Assembly (NCBI GenBank): GCA_000004985.1
Contig: GG738923.1
Origin: Naegleria gruberi
Lineage: Eukaryota
DNA: 64,000 bases
Reading direction: 5' to 3' (one strand)
Part shown: one piece after another, positions 22,807-34,016 of the stretch
How the letters are laid out: the number at the start of each line of letters is the position of its first letter
Position numbering within the stretch: position 1 is the first letter of the stretch
Made by a program: the position numbers and the translations under genes
Notes under the pieces: generated by a model
What the model was told of the DNA's origin: nothing
The model's database searches: none
Seen by the model: only the letters and a program-made list of their open reading frames with translations

Positions 22807-23180
22807 ATTCATTCTTCAAATAACAACAAAAAATAATCTTTTTAAACCCTTAAAAAAAGAAATTATATTTTAAATTTAATATTAAAAAATTAAATTCCTT
22901 AATGAATTTTAAATTGTTTAGAATTAACAAACACTTTACGTTTTAATGAATCTATTTAAGTCTAAGGCTCCATTCTTTTTGCTTGGTATACTTCTCGCTG
23001 TAAAATGCTATCTCTCAGCATTTGATTGCCTGGCAATCATTTAGGTACATTCTAATTTTCTGTTGATCTATAATTGCACTTCAATGTGTGTGATCATCAT
23101 GATTCACTGTGGTTTTGTATTATTATTAACACTCAAATCCTATTGTCTCAATAGTGTTGAATAGGAAAACAATTAAAAAA

Positions 23181-26085
23181 ATGCCTCCAAAATATAGTAA
23201 CAACTCCTATCGAAATTCGAATAATAGGAACAGTCATCATCATACACCATCAACAACAACACCAATCACTCCAACACCTTCATCTGGAGTACCTATTTCT
23301 AATAAAACACCAACACAAACAACAACTGATCCATCTCGTATCATTCCACAACCGCGTAGACGAAGATCAAGTGTTAATCGTGAGCAACAATCTTCTCCTT
23401 CAGGAGAATTAGAACATACAACAACAACAACAAGTCCAAATACAACCAATGGTTCTAACAATCATTCAACAACAGTACATAATAATAATACAACAAGTAC
23501 TCAAAATAATTTAGATGATGATTGCGAAAATCAAGCAGGACTTGCTACTAATGCTATTGAAAAAATCTTTAGTACCACTCTTCAATTTAATGCAGAATCT
23601 ATTCTTTCTGCTGTTGATTTGCTTCAACAAAGAAGAGAAGAACAATATCCAAATGAAAAGAGAAAGAGATTTACCATTAGAGAAATTCTCGAAGTTGGTA
23701 CAAAAAATCCAATTTGTAATGATAGACACAATGATTTACCAGATCTTGACTATAGAAAATTAGATTGGGGAATTACTCCTGTTCCACCAAAAGCAGCAGA
23801 ACTAGCAAAAAGGTATGTTTTTATTATTGTTGTATTAATAATAACAATTGGATAACTTTTTACACTACTTTAGACCATCAAGACAATCCTCTGGTATCAA
23901 TCAAAATGAATCTCTATTCGGAAGCAAACCATTCTCAGGAAGAGGAAGATCACTCAGCAGAGAAAATAATGCTATTCCTTCCAATAATACATCTAATACA
24001 TCGTCTTCAACAATAACAAATTCTTCATCAGGTAGCAGTAGATTTGCCTCATCTGCTATTACTAATAGTAGTAGCACTGTTATGAGAACAAGTGGAAAAG
24101 GAGCACTTTGGTTTGACCCTGGTATTGATACAAAGGAAAATAATCCTCTTGAATTAACCAATGAGGAAATTGAAAGAAAGAAAGCCTTTGAAGAGTTTAG
24201 AAAGATTAACCATGCTACAGTAGGAGCAGGTTCCTTCTTTGACTTTGGAGGAGAGGAAGGAGAGTCTCTTGAATCTGGACTTCATAGCTTTGATGATGAA
24301 TTACTTGATGAATCCCTTGAACCAACTTCTATGGATGAAATGGGCGGAAGTAATGCTAGTGACTTGGAGAATTACTTTAATACACTCAGCACTGGAGGTC
24401 ATCAAACACAGTTTGGTGGAATTGGAGCATCCCACTTTACTGAAGCTTCCCTCTATCCAAAAGAACAACAATTGAATGAAATTGAAGATGAATTTATTAG
24501 TCTTCCAACACCAAAATCAATGATTCCATCCCAAAAGAGAGACAAGCCACTATTTGCTCTTGATGATTCCTTGAATAAGGAACCAGTCAAACCTGTACAC
24601 AAAGGAGATCCTGTCATTTCCTCAGTACTTCAAAATAAGTCTGGAAAGTCTAGATTTGGTTTTGGAGACGGATTTGAATCTGATATTCAACCACAACAAC
24701 ATTCACAACCTCTTCCATTCACAACAAACAATGGTGGAGCAAGCAAATTCTTAAATATCAATAATCAACAAACTGGCTTGAATGTTGAAGATCAAGCTAT
24801 TTTACCAATCCATCATCAAACTCATACAGGAGGTGGAGCAACTATTAATGTAACAGCACTATTTGGAGGCTCATCAGCAATGCCAAGTCGTAAACAATCA
24901 AATCCTCCTATTCATCATCATGAAGCTTTCAATAATTTTGCACCTACAACAATTGAAAAGCATCCAGAAGAGGAAATTAATCATAACATTCACTTGGAAC
25001 AATTCCCAGTTATTGATGCATCAAATCAAATTTCAATGATGAGTGCCGAAGATTTAGAACTTCAATTCCTTAAATCATTAAATGATACAAACCAACCATC
25101 AATGCAAGAGTCTCAAGTACCTGAAGCAAACAAGATTAATCAACTTTTTAAACCAATTTCAAATGAACAAAATGTTGCACATCAAGAAGCTACCACTCAA
25201 CAACCAACTTCACAATTTGTTTCTCCATTCCAAAAATATCAAGAACAAAAACAAAATGAAAAGTCAGAAACTAAATTACCTGAAGATTTATCCCTCACTC
25301 CTTCAAAACAATCATCAGTTTCCAAGACCAGTGCAACTTCACCAGCATCGGCTGCCCAAAGAAAACTTTCAAAGACATCAGCTAATTCTCCATTTGTTCC
25401 ATCACATTTGATGAAAAAGATGGGTACCAATACTGAAAAGAAGATTAAGCTTAAGGTTAACACTCCAGTTACAAATACAGCAGCTGCAACCAAAACAGCA
25501 ACATCTCAACCAAGTAATGTTACAACATCAACAAATAATGGTTCATCTAATGTTACCACATCAACAGCTAATGTTGCATCTGTACCTGTACAACCAACTG
25601 TAGAAACTCAACAATCACCAATGATTAATCAACAACAAATGCCAATCATTCCTCAAAATGAATTTTTATCACAAAATAATATGGTACATTTGAATCCAAA
25701 CTTACTTCCACCAAATGGAAATCAACCTCCAGTTTCTCCAACCATTCCAATGAATATGGGAATGCCTATTAGCCCTCTCATGAATCAAAATCAACCTCCA
25801 ATTAGAATTTTGCAAAAGCCACCAACAGGTTTTGTGCCATCCCAACCATATCCAAACAGTCCAACTGCTTTCATTCCATTTAGTCCCCAAGGCCATCCAG
25901 TTCATCCTGGAATTCCTGCTGGTTTTATTCCACCAAATGGTAATATGTTCCCAAATGGATTCATTCCAAACAATGGCATGTTCCCACCACATCCAAACAT
26001 GTTCATGGGTAATCAACAACAAGATTTCTCTTCTCAAGCTCTTTCTCTCGAAGATTTGGAAAAAGAACTCATGAATCAAAAGTAA
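23181..26085 (+). CDS. Large low-complexity (S/T/N/Q/P-rich) protein of ~950 aa; two exons, 23181..23812 and 23874..26085, with a 61-nt intron (GTATGT...CTTTAG). Function unknown; it may be an mRNA-regulatory scaffold.
   Basis: The first ATG is 23181 (the track start at 23154 is GTG). The donor GTATGT at 23813 and the acceptor at 23872-23873 join phase 2 in frame (..AAELAK R PSRQSSGINQNESLFG...). The protein has an Arg/Ser stretch, an FTIREILEV motif reminiscent of YxxxxL-phi eIF4E-binding sites, and a P/Q-rich C-terminus (FIPPNGNMFPNGFIPNNGMFPPHPNMFMG). Confidence 0.55.
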
Positions 26086-26218
26086 ACACCATTGTATCCA
26101 TAAAATAAATCTTATTGTAATCATATTTCTGACAGTTAATGAACCTAGCAGATCAATAAATTTCAACAATCTTTGTTGACATTTAATGAGTGGATTCTTT
26201 TTTTCACAACACAAAAAA

Positions 26219-27264
26219 ATGATGAAATCATCATCCCTCCTACTCATTGTCTTGTACTTCTTGGTTTTAACGTCATCAACTATGGTTGATGCCCATGCCA
26301 GATGGAAATATCCAACGTAAGTCATAAATCAACTTTAATATGTTGAATCAACATTGTTCTCTTATCAAATGAAAATAGTCCAAGAACATCTGATTCTGGT
26401 TTAAAGTGTTAGTACTTTATTTTTATGTGTGACATTAATTATCCAATAAATAGCTTATCCTTGTGGAGGTATTGAATTCTTCGGAAATGGTCAATCAATA
26501 ACAACTCTTCAACCAGGAAAACAAACTCTTCAATTTGAAGAAACTATTTCACATACAGGAGCTCCCTTCAGAATTGCTTTGAGTATTGATTCCGATTCTA
26601 ATTATGATTCATTGTAAGTTAGATTGCTCCTTTTTAACATGATTCGAATAGATTTTTGTTATTATAGTATTCTCATAGATCACATTCCACACAATGATGC
26701 AACTGAATCCTCTTCACTCAAGATTTATCAATACGAAGTAACAATTCCAGACATTGATTGTCCAAAGTGTTCACTTGCTTTGACTAATCCAATGACTGAT
26801 AAGATCGCTGCTGGAACTTGTTGTGCTTATCCTAAAGCATCTTCTTCAAGTCCTCAATGTGGAAGTGTTTATCACAGTTGTGCCAATATTGTTATTAAGG
26901 GTAAAATTCCAGTTGACCAATTCAAAGCTAACTATACTTATACTGGTCCATGTGGCGATTATCAAAGAGAATCTGCTGTAAGTTTTTCATTCTATTCGAA
27001 ACCATTCCTTAAACTAAACTAAATGTTTAGACCTGGGTAAGACAATCTGATTCTTCATGGAAATTGAGTGCAACTTTCACCAATTTTTATGTTCCACCAA
27101 CTTCACAACAATGTCCAATTTTCAATTCAACATGTGCCACTGGATCAAAGAGAACTTCCACCTCAACTGCCAACACTAATAATTCATCATCTTTGAGAGG
27201 ATTGCATAATGTAATGCTTATTGGATTTGTGGTTGCATTGATTTCAGTAATTGGATTATTTTAA
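26219..27264 (+). CDS. Secreted, probably GPI-anchored, Cys-containing protein with an N-terminal-His LPMO-like (AA10/AA15-type) signature. Five exons: 26219..26316, 26379..26407, 26454..26613, 26668..26977, 27031..27264.
   Basis: Signal peptide MMKSSSLLLIVLYFLVLTSSTMVDA is followed by the mature N-terminus HARWKYPTPRTSDSG (H-x-x-[WY]-x-x-P-x-P-R, as in LPMO HGYVxxPxSR). A second His sits in ETISHTGAPFRIALS. There are several Cys pairs, a Ser/Thr-rich stalk and the hydrophobic C-terminus VMLIGFVVALISVIGLF (GPI-signal-like). Donors are GTAAGT, GTTAGT, GTAAGT, GTAAGT and the phases chain correctly. The family call is tentative. Confidence 0.5.
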
Positions 27265-27934
27265 ATATTTAAACTCTGCAGAATAAACTCAAAACTATCA
27301 ACTATATAAAACTATAGTTTCAACAATTCGGAATTAGTTTTTGGAAATATTCAAAGAGAAAACTTAAAGGTTTCTCGGTTCATCTTCATTCTTTTAATGT
27401 TCATAGTTAATTTCTCTGAATGGCTTGTTATAAAAGAAGCAATTTAACTTTTCTGATAAAAATCATTAGATTCCATTGTATATGAAGAGTTGACGAGTGG
27501 ATAATTTTCTATAGACTATCTAATCTGAAATAAGTGTACACATACGCATTGTAAAATGCGTTATTGATGATTTATAAGGTAAATTGCCAAAATTAAACAA
27601 CGATTCGAATAAGTTGTGATCTCGATTTACAAATCTATTCGAAAGGATCTTGCAAATTATTGAAAAAACATAGAAAAATTCTTCAATTTAATTCAACATT
27701 TAACAATACCCACTTTTCTATTAAAGTAAAACGCTAAATTAACTTCATCCTTTTTGAAAACATGTGACGAGTCAACTGCAATTAAATTATCAATTGGATT
27801 GAAGTAAACAACCAACAAATCAACGCTAATTACTCAAATGGAATGAAGGGAACAAAGCATTATGCTGACTTACCTATGTTTTTATTCATTCAGAAAAAAA
27901 CAAATACTTTCATCTGAGTACTCGGCTAAAGATC

Positions 27935-29656
27935 ATGGAAACTAAACAAACTAATGTTGCAAATTCGGAAACAAATTGTTTGACCTCATCAAATAGTAAA
28001 TCGAACAATTCATTGACTAGATGCGTTAGCAATATTTTACATAAGGGTTTTAGTAAGAAGAGAAGTGAGTCAGAGCAAGGATCAAATTCTTGTATACGAA
28101 AGGATGGACGAAACTCCAAGTCCTTAATGCAATCAGAATACAAATGCACAACAACAGCTCCTGCATTCTCATCAAAAGGAGCGCCAGCGTCCACTCTCAC
28201 CATTGCAACTCCTCAAAAGATTCCTTCACCTTCACTAGACGAAACCAATGATAACAATTTCTTCCACTCCCAACACAATTGTACCAAGAGGAGAAGAAAC
28301 ACAGTCTTCTTTCCCTCAACTCCAAGTATTGATGGTGTGAAAACTCCAACTTCTCCAAGTGGCTTGTTTCACTACTCGAGGCGATTGAGTGTTGATCATG
28401 CAACAATGGGAAACATTTTAGGAAGAATTATGTTTGTTGAGGAGAGACAAGTCATGTTTCTTAATTTCGAGAATTTAAAGATTGAATCGATCAAACATTT
28501 GGAGAATATTGCTGCATGTATTCGAATGTTGGTAAAAACTTCGATGGAGTCAAAGAGGAAAGATGGTCAATTTGATGGAAAGATTAAATGTTTTTTGAAT
28601 GATGACGATTTAGATTGTGATTCACATTTGTTTGATACCTATACACAAACAGTTCATATGAACCCTCTATTCGAAACTGTCACTCGATACACCAATAAGA
28701 GTTTATTTTCAGATCATCAGAGAAAAATCCAAAAATCCCTCAGAGATTGTGAAGTCTATGTAAAGACATGTCCATGCATTCTGGATCGTTATGTTTTCAT
28801 GGTCGATGATCAGATTGGTAAGGGAACTTATGGAACAGTTTCACTTGCAATGGATTTGAGTTTGGGAAGAAAGGTAGCTGTCAAGAGATTATGTAAGAAA
28901 ACTGTCAAACTCATTGGTATTGAAGAGTATGTGCAAAATGAAATGGAAATTATGAAACTCTTGAGGGATAATCCACATGAAAATATTGTCCAGGTATTAG
29001 ATATTCATGAAAGCGAGGCAGAATATCTATTTGTAATGGAGTACTTGTCAGGTGGTTGTCTGGATAATCCCTTCGATGAATTTGAAATCATTCCAGAAAG
29101 TCAAGCACAATTATACTTTTGTCAACTGGTGGATGCTGTTGATCATTTGCATTCAAAGTTAAAAGTTTTGCATCGAGATATACAGCCATCTAATTGTTGC
29201 TTTCTAGATACTGAAAAGAAATGGTTAAAATTGGTTGACTTTGGTTTGAGTTGTCAACCAACAGATTTCACTAAGAAGGAACATACATTATTTTGTGGAA
29301 ATAGTAATTATGCATGTCCTGAACTGTTACTAAAGAAGGCATATGGATCTGAAGTTGATGTCTATGCACTAGGAGTCCTTCTCTATAAGATACTGTTTGG
29401 TTGTTTCCCATTTCGTGGAGCTCAACAGAAATTGCTCATGCACTTTACAGTTCCACTGAAGGATGATGTAAATGGAGATGATGCAATGGGAAGTGATGAT
29501 TGTGGTCAGAATATTTCGAAATGTTGTAAAGATTTGTTGCATAATATTTTGGAAGTCAATTGTGAAAAGAGATTTTCCATACAAGATATCAAGAATCATC
29601 AATGGTACAAGATTGGAAAAACTCAGAAGGTGGATTTACTAGAAAGTCACGAATAA
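27935..29656 (+). CDS. Ser/Thr protein kinase (CAMK-like) with a ~280-aa Ser-rich N-terminal extension; single exon.
   Basis: Kinase subdomains: GKGTYGTVSLAMD...VAVKRL (ATP site), VLHRDIQPSN (a catalytic-loop variant of HRDLKPEN), DFGLS, the APE-like CPELLLKK, and a DVYALGVLLY motif. Confidence 0.75.
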   Translation: METKQTNVANSETNCLTSSNSKSNNSLTRCVSNILHKGFSKKRSESEQGSNSCIRKDGRNSKSLMQSEYKCTTTAPAFSSKGAPASTLTIATPQKIPSPSLDETNDNNFFHSQHNCTKRRRNTVFFPSTPSIDGVKTPTSPSGLFHYSRRLSVDHATMGNILGRIMFVEERQVMFLNFENLKIESIKHLENIAACIRMLVKTSMESKRKDGQFDGKIKCFLNDDDLDCDSHLFDTYTQTVHMNPLFETVTRYTNKSLFSDHQRKIQKSLRDCEVYVKTCPCILDRYVFMVDDQIGKGTYGTVSLAMDLSLGRKVAVKRLCKKTVKLIGIEEYVQNEMEIMKLLRDNPHENIVQVLDIHESEAEYLFVMEYLSGGCLDNPFDEFEIIPESQAQLYFCQLVDAVDHLHSKLKVLHRDIQPSNCCFLDTEKKWLKLVDFGLSCQPTDFTKKEHTLFCGNSNYACPELLLKKAYGSEVDVYALGVLLYKILFGCFPFRGAQQKLLMHFTVPLKDDVNGDDAMGSDDCGQNISKCCKDLLHNILEVNCEKRFSIQDIKNHQWYKIGKTQKVDLLESHE

Positions 29657-29856
29657 ATATATAGCCAATGTTCAAGATTTCCAATCAATCTGTTAAATTC
29701 TTTCTTTCATTATATTTTACACACTTTATATTGTGAATCATTTCCACACATATATATGAGAATTGGAGAGATAACAGTTTGGATTGAAGAAGAGCTAATG
29801 ATGCACATTTATTTTGATTCGAATTTTCAAAAAAGTTGCCTCAAATCATCACTATA

Positions 29857-30516
29857 ATGGTTGTAGAAATTGTTTATTTCAAAGCTCACGAAGAGGTAAT
29901 TATATTCCGCACATACTGATGGTTTACAATATTTATCACAAAATTGAAAAAGGAATTATTGAAATTAATTGCACAAGTTGGTAAAATTGAATACCAATTA
30001 ACTGGACTCGAAGGAGAATCGTGGAAAAATCATAAACCATTTACAAGATATGGTCAACTTCCCTACTTGAAAGTTTCCGATGATTTTCATGTTTATCAAA
30101 CATTGGCAATTGCCAGATATCTTGCTCAGGAAGGTAATTTATATCCTCTCAATGAAAGAAGGGATGCAATTCTCACTGAAGAAGTAGTTGCTTCCTTAAA
30201 TGAAGTTTTGCTTGAATTCTTTAGAGTTTTCTATGAAATTAGTAATGAAAAAGAGAGAGAAGAAGAATTGAAGAAATTTAAGGAAGGAACTTTGCAAAGA
30301 GTATTTAGTGGATTGAATAATTTATTGAATGGAACTAAGTGTGGATATTTCATTGAAGGAATGTTGACGTGGGCTGATCTTTTTCTTTTGGAAATTGTAT
30401 TAAATTTGGAAAGTGTTGGAATTGATTATTCATTTGCTAATGGAATTCAAAGATTGAAACAAATTTTAATGGAAAATGAGCAAGTTAAGATTCATTTGGA
30501 AACGAGAAGAAAATAA
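29857..30516 (+). CDS. Sigma-class glutathione S-transferase (haematopoietic prostaglandin D synthase-like). Two exons, 29857..29895 and 29953..30516; 57-nt intron GTAATT...AAAAAG.
   Basis: Spliced product MVVEIVYFKAHEE/ELLKLIAQVGKIEYQLTGLEGESWKNHKPFTRYGQLPYLKVSDDFHVYQTLAIARYLAQEG... aligns with HPGDS / sigma GST (YKLTYFNMRGRAEIIRYIFAYLDIQYEDHRIEQADWPEIKSTLPFGKIPILEVDGLTLHQSLAIARYL). The track ORF 29944 starts at an internal TTG. Confidence 0.8.
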
Positions 30517-30653
30517 ACAATTTCATTAATCAAAATCTTTGTCGACATGTTGATATCATTCGAATGTTAAATAAGAATTGTAATCTCCAAGATATTCTCA
30601 TAAAAAAAACATAATTATATTACAAAATCTACAAATTCAATCCAATAAACAAA

Positions 30654-31255
30654 TTAATCCAATTTTTGTTTGATTGGCCACAAGGCAGCAAACAATGGAG
30701 TTCCAATTGCATTTCCAATCATTGGTCCAACGATCATTGGTTTCTTCTTTAAGGTGAAAAAGATTGCAGAACCCAAAACTGAGGCAACCCAAATTTGATC
30801 CCAAAACATATTCATCTTATTGTGTGCAATTCTGAAAGCTCTATCATCAAAATTATTCTGTGTAAAGGTTCTAGTTCTTCCATAATACATGGCTGCAGTC
30901 AAGACAAATCCAATCGATGTACCTATCGAAATGAATCGAGGAAGTTTAATCTTGATTGATTCACCAAGTGAATGAGCAAGTGGCTTTTTAAGAATATACT
31001 GTTTGGTAGCAAAGTGAATTGGAGTATAGAGGGCACCTTAATCAATAATGATGATCATAACACAAATCGGAATGATCAAAACCTACCTAAAAATCCTCCC
31101 AATTGTATTCCTTTTAGCACTACATGATTAAAGACTGCCATTTTGGGATTTGGAATTTTCTGATCCTCTGGAATGTATACTTCGTCATTGTTTGTGGTTG
31201 TTTTTTGAGTGACCACAGAAGTGGAAGAGGCAGCAGAGCTGTTTGTTGTCGACAT
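30654..31255 (-). CDS. Small multi-pass membrane protein (~184 aa), family unknown. Two exons, 31087..31255 and 30654..31036; 50-nt intron GTAGGT...GATTAAG.
   Basis: Exon 1 (MSTTNSSAASSTSVVTQKTTTNNDEVYIPEDQKIPNPKMAVFNHVVLKGIQLGGFL) ends in phase 1 at GTAGGT. Exon 2 continues GALYTPIHFATKQYILKKPLAHSLG...AAMYYGRTRTF...IWVASVLGSAIFFTLKKKPMIVGPMIGNAIGTPLFAALWPIKQKLD. Confidence 0.5.
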
Positions 31256-31492
31256 TTTTTTTCTCCTGTTGGAAAAGTGTTTGTAAGAGAAACTTGGTTG
31301 AGCAGAGGTAATTTTTGATTGGTTGGAAATTGTCCTCTAAGAAAAGGTGGACTTTATGAAATTGTACGCAAATATTGAAATAGAAACATGCCACTCTCGT
31401 CTTTTTCTCATTAATTTTCTCATTATTTTGGAATTAAATATGATAATATTTTGTAAAAATTAAAAAGTTTTTGTTTTATTTGACTTTAAAAA

Positions 31493-33209
31493 ATGAGTGA
31501 ATTTGAATACTATCATGATGGAGACATTCATTATGTAAATCATCACCAACAAGCTTCCAATTCTCATCAACAACAACAACAATATCAATCATCATATAGG
31601 AGTAATGATTATTCATCATCACCATCATCATCGGAATCATATCTTGATGATGGATATGTTCTTTTTCAATCTATACAAATATCAATTCCTATTTTACCCT
31701 TCTTGATCATGATGGGATTTGTATTATTCGTGATGGGATTAAGAGCCATTAAATATTTCCAATTATCTGTAAATTGGCATGTAATTACGAAGAGTTTCAA
31801 ACATCAAATTATATTGTTGAGTTTGTTTTTCCAAATTCCCTTGCTGTGCTTTTACTTGTATTCATTAATTAAATTCGGAAAGAGTGATGCATCACTAGTT
31901 TTAATTATAATTTTGAATTCAACTATTGGAGGAATGGCAAGTTTTATCAATGAGAAGAGTTTGGGTTATTTTGTCGTCATGTTGGCGTGTTTTATTTCAA
32001 GTTTATTGGTGCAAGAGGCTCACGTCAAGACAATTTTGATTTGCTTGTGTTTTCTTGTAGTTGCATTGGTAAGTAGATACAGTGATGATTCTTTTCATGA
32101 ATGGAATGTAAATGTCTAAATGGAAAACTTGATCTAAATTAATTGACAATTCATTACAATTACATCTCCACTTTATCAAATATATCCAGAAAATTCAAAA
32201 AATCATCTTCCAAAGAAATAAGCAATTCGAGCCAGAGGATTTCACAGAGGTCAGGACAACAATTGAACAAGATGATCTTGTCAAGGGTTCTTCTCACAAT
32301 TTTAGACAAGTACTAACCAATGCTGATAGAGAAGGTAGCTATGACAATAACAGATTTTACAGTGGACAGAATCGATTCCAACAACATGGACATGAACCTT
32401 ACAACCGCCTTAAACCATCCCTTTTCCAAAATAATGCCTTCGAATACAACCACCAACCAACTCCAACTGTTAACAAGTTACATTCGGTTGCAGGTTTGAA
32501 GAGGGAAGTTCATAATGACCTGCATAATAGAGAGGACATTTACGTACCTAAAACCTCAAATTGGAATTGGTTGGGTTCTGTGTTTTCGAACATGAAATGG
32601 TTCAGCAAAAAACAAGAGCCTGACATTCTGGAGAGAAGACATGTTAAACTTCAAGTTCCTGACAGACAAAAAGTGCTCTTTGACAAGCCAGTTAACAATG
32701 TCAGAGTGAATTTTGTAGAAGAAAGAGAAGAAAGAGAAGAAAAAGCCAAGCTGTCCTCTTCCTCAACAATGAATTCATACACCCCTCTTTATCCCTCCCT
32801 ATCTACAAACATTCCTCCTTCCGTGAAACCAGAGGAATCACCAAGAGCAGGTATTTCACCTTATTTGTTAAATCACTCTTTGCCTTTAACACAGTCCAAT
32901 ACAACAAGGAATTCAATGAAGCCACAACAGGAGAGCGAAAAGCCTCCCACATTCCAAACAAAGGAGAATTTCAAAGTCCCAATGGAACCTGAGGAGGAAC
33001 CAAATAGATATTTTGAAACAAGACAACAATTCCATGTTGCTAAAAGAGTTCAACAAGTCCCACAACCTGAATCTCAATCTGCCTTCAAACCAAGAGCAGG
33101 AGCTTTAGTTTCAAAACAAAGACCTCCCATTGTACACACTGTTGTTGAGGAAGAAGAGTTCATACCAACTGCTTCTACATTTGATGGGGATGATGATGAA
33201 GAAGAATAA
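31493..33209 (+). CDS. Hypothetical protein: an N-terminal polytopic membrane domain plus a long disordered C-terminal region. Two exons, 31493..32107 and 32190..33209; 82-nt intron GTAAAT...ATCCAG.
   Basis: ORF 31493 runs to a donor GTAAAT at 32108. The acceptor at 32188-32189 continues the frame (KIQKIIFQRNKQFEPEDF...) for ~100 codons with no stop before the track ORF 32496, which starts at an internal TTG. The C-terminal part is P/E/S-rich. Confidence 0.45.
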
Positions 33210-33844
33210 ATGGCCCCTTAATAATTGACAACATACATTTTAAGGCCTAAAGATGTTGAAATTAATACACAGTAAGACCAAATTAATTGTTACAACCACA
33301 ACAAACCGGACACGAGTATTACAAAATTTGCAACTACAGTACTCATCACTATTTGGAACAAGACCACGTTGAGGTGAGTCCATTTAAAGTGCCGTACACG
33401 AATTCTCTCTGTAAATGCTTCACATTAGAAGGGCATTAACATGTAGGGAGTTAAATAACCATGTTAGTCACTCAACTACAGTGAATCATGCTGTGAGGAG
33501 CAACTTAATGTTCCTTCACAACAACAATCACAACACAAGCCCACCAACACTTCGCGCTTTCAACACACTGTGTTCTCAACTTCTAGACAACACAAACATC
33601 ATTGCATGACCAAGAAGAAGTGAACCCAAACAACCTTACAACCTTAACAACAACACAACCGTTAAAAAAAGAAACAACAACAATACAAGTTCAACAAGAA
33701 CAGCAACAACAGAAAGACAGTAACAATTAGAGCTGACATTATCTTAATTCTCCTACAAAATAGTGTGTTGTGTCGTTTTATTTGCCCTCCATTTCTCAGT
33801 AGTAGTATTGTTGTTGCATATCTAACATCTTCATCATCTTCTAA

Positions 33845-33913
33845 TATATATATACGGTGAAAATATCTGCACAACAGAAGAAAAACAAACTCCTCTAAGA
33901 CTCTATATATAAC
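33845..33913 (+). promoter_or_regulatory. Candidate TATA elements (tatatatata at 33845-33854; ctatatata at 33903-33911), 100-170 bp upstream of the cyclase-like gene ATG.
   Basis: Sequence motif and position only. Confidence 0.2.
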
Positions 33914-34016
33914 TAAATATATTACCTAGCTTAAAAGCAGTAATAATTTCACACTACACACAACAAATACTTAAATTATTAATCTCCATTACATAACAAT
34001 ATAAAAACAAAACAAA

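Noticed and set aside
25702-26325. 207-aa minus-strand ORF (W/R-rich: ...WNGWRNWRLISIWWK) overlapping the 3' end of the P/Q-rich gene and LPMO-like exon 1
   Set aside because: It is the antisense reading of a Pro/Gln/Asn-rich plus-strand coding region, where CCA/CAA codons give TGG/TTG on the complement. Its composition is non-protein-like, and the plus-strand genes on both sides are well supported.
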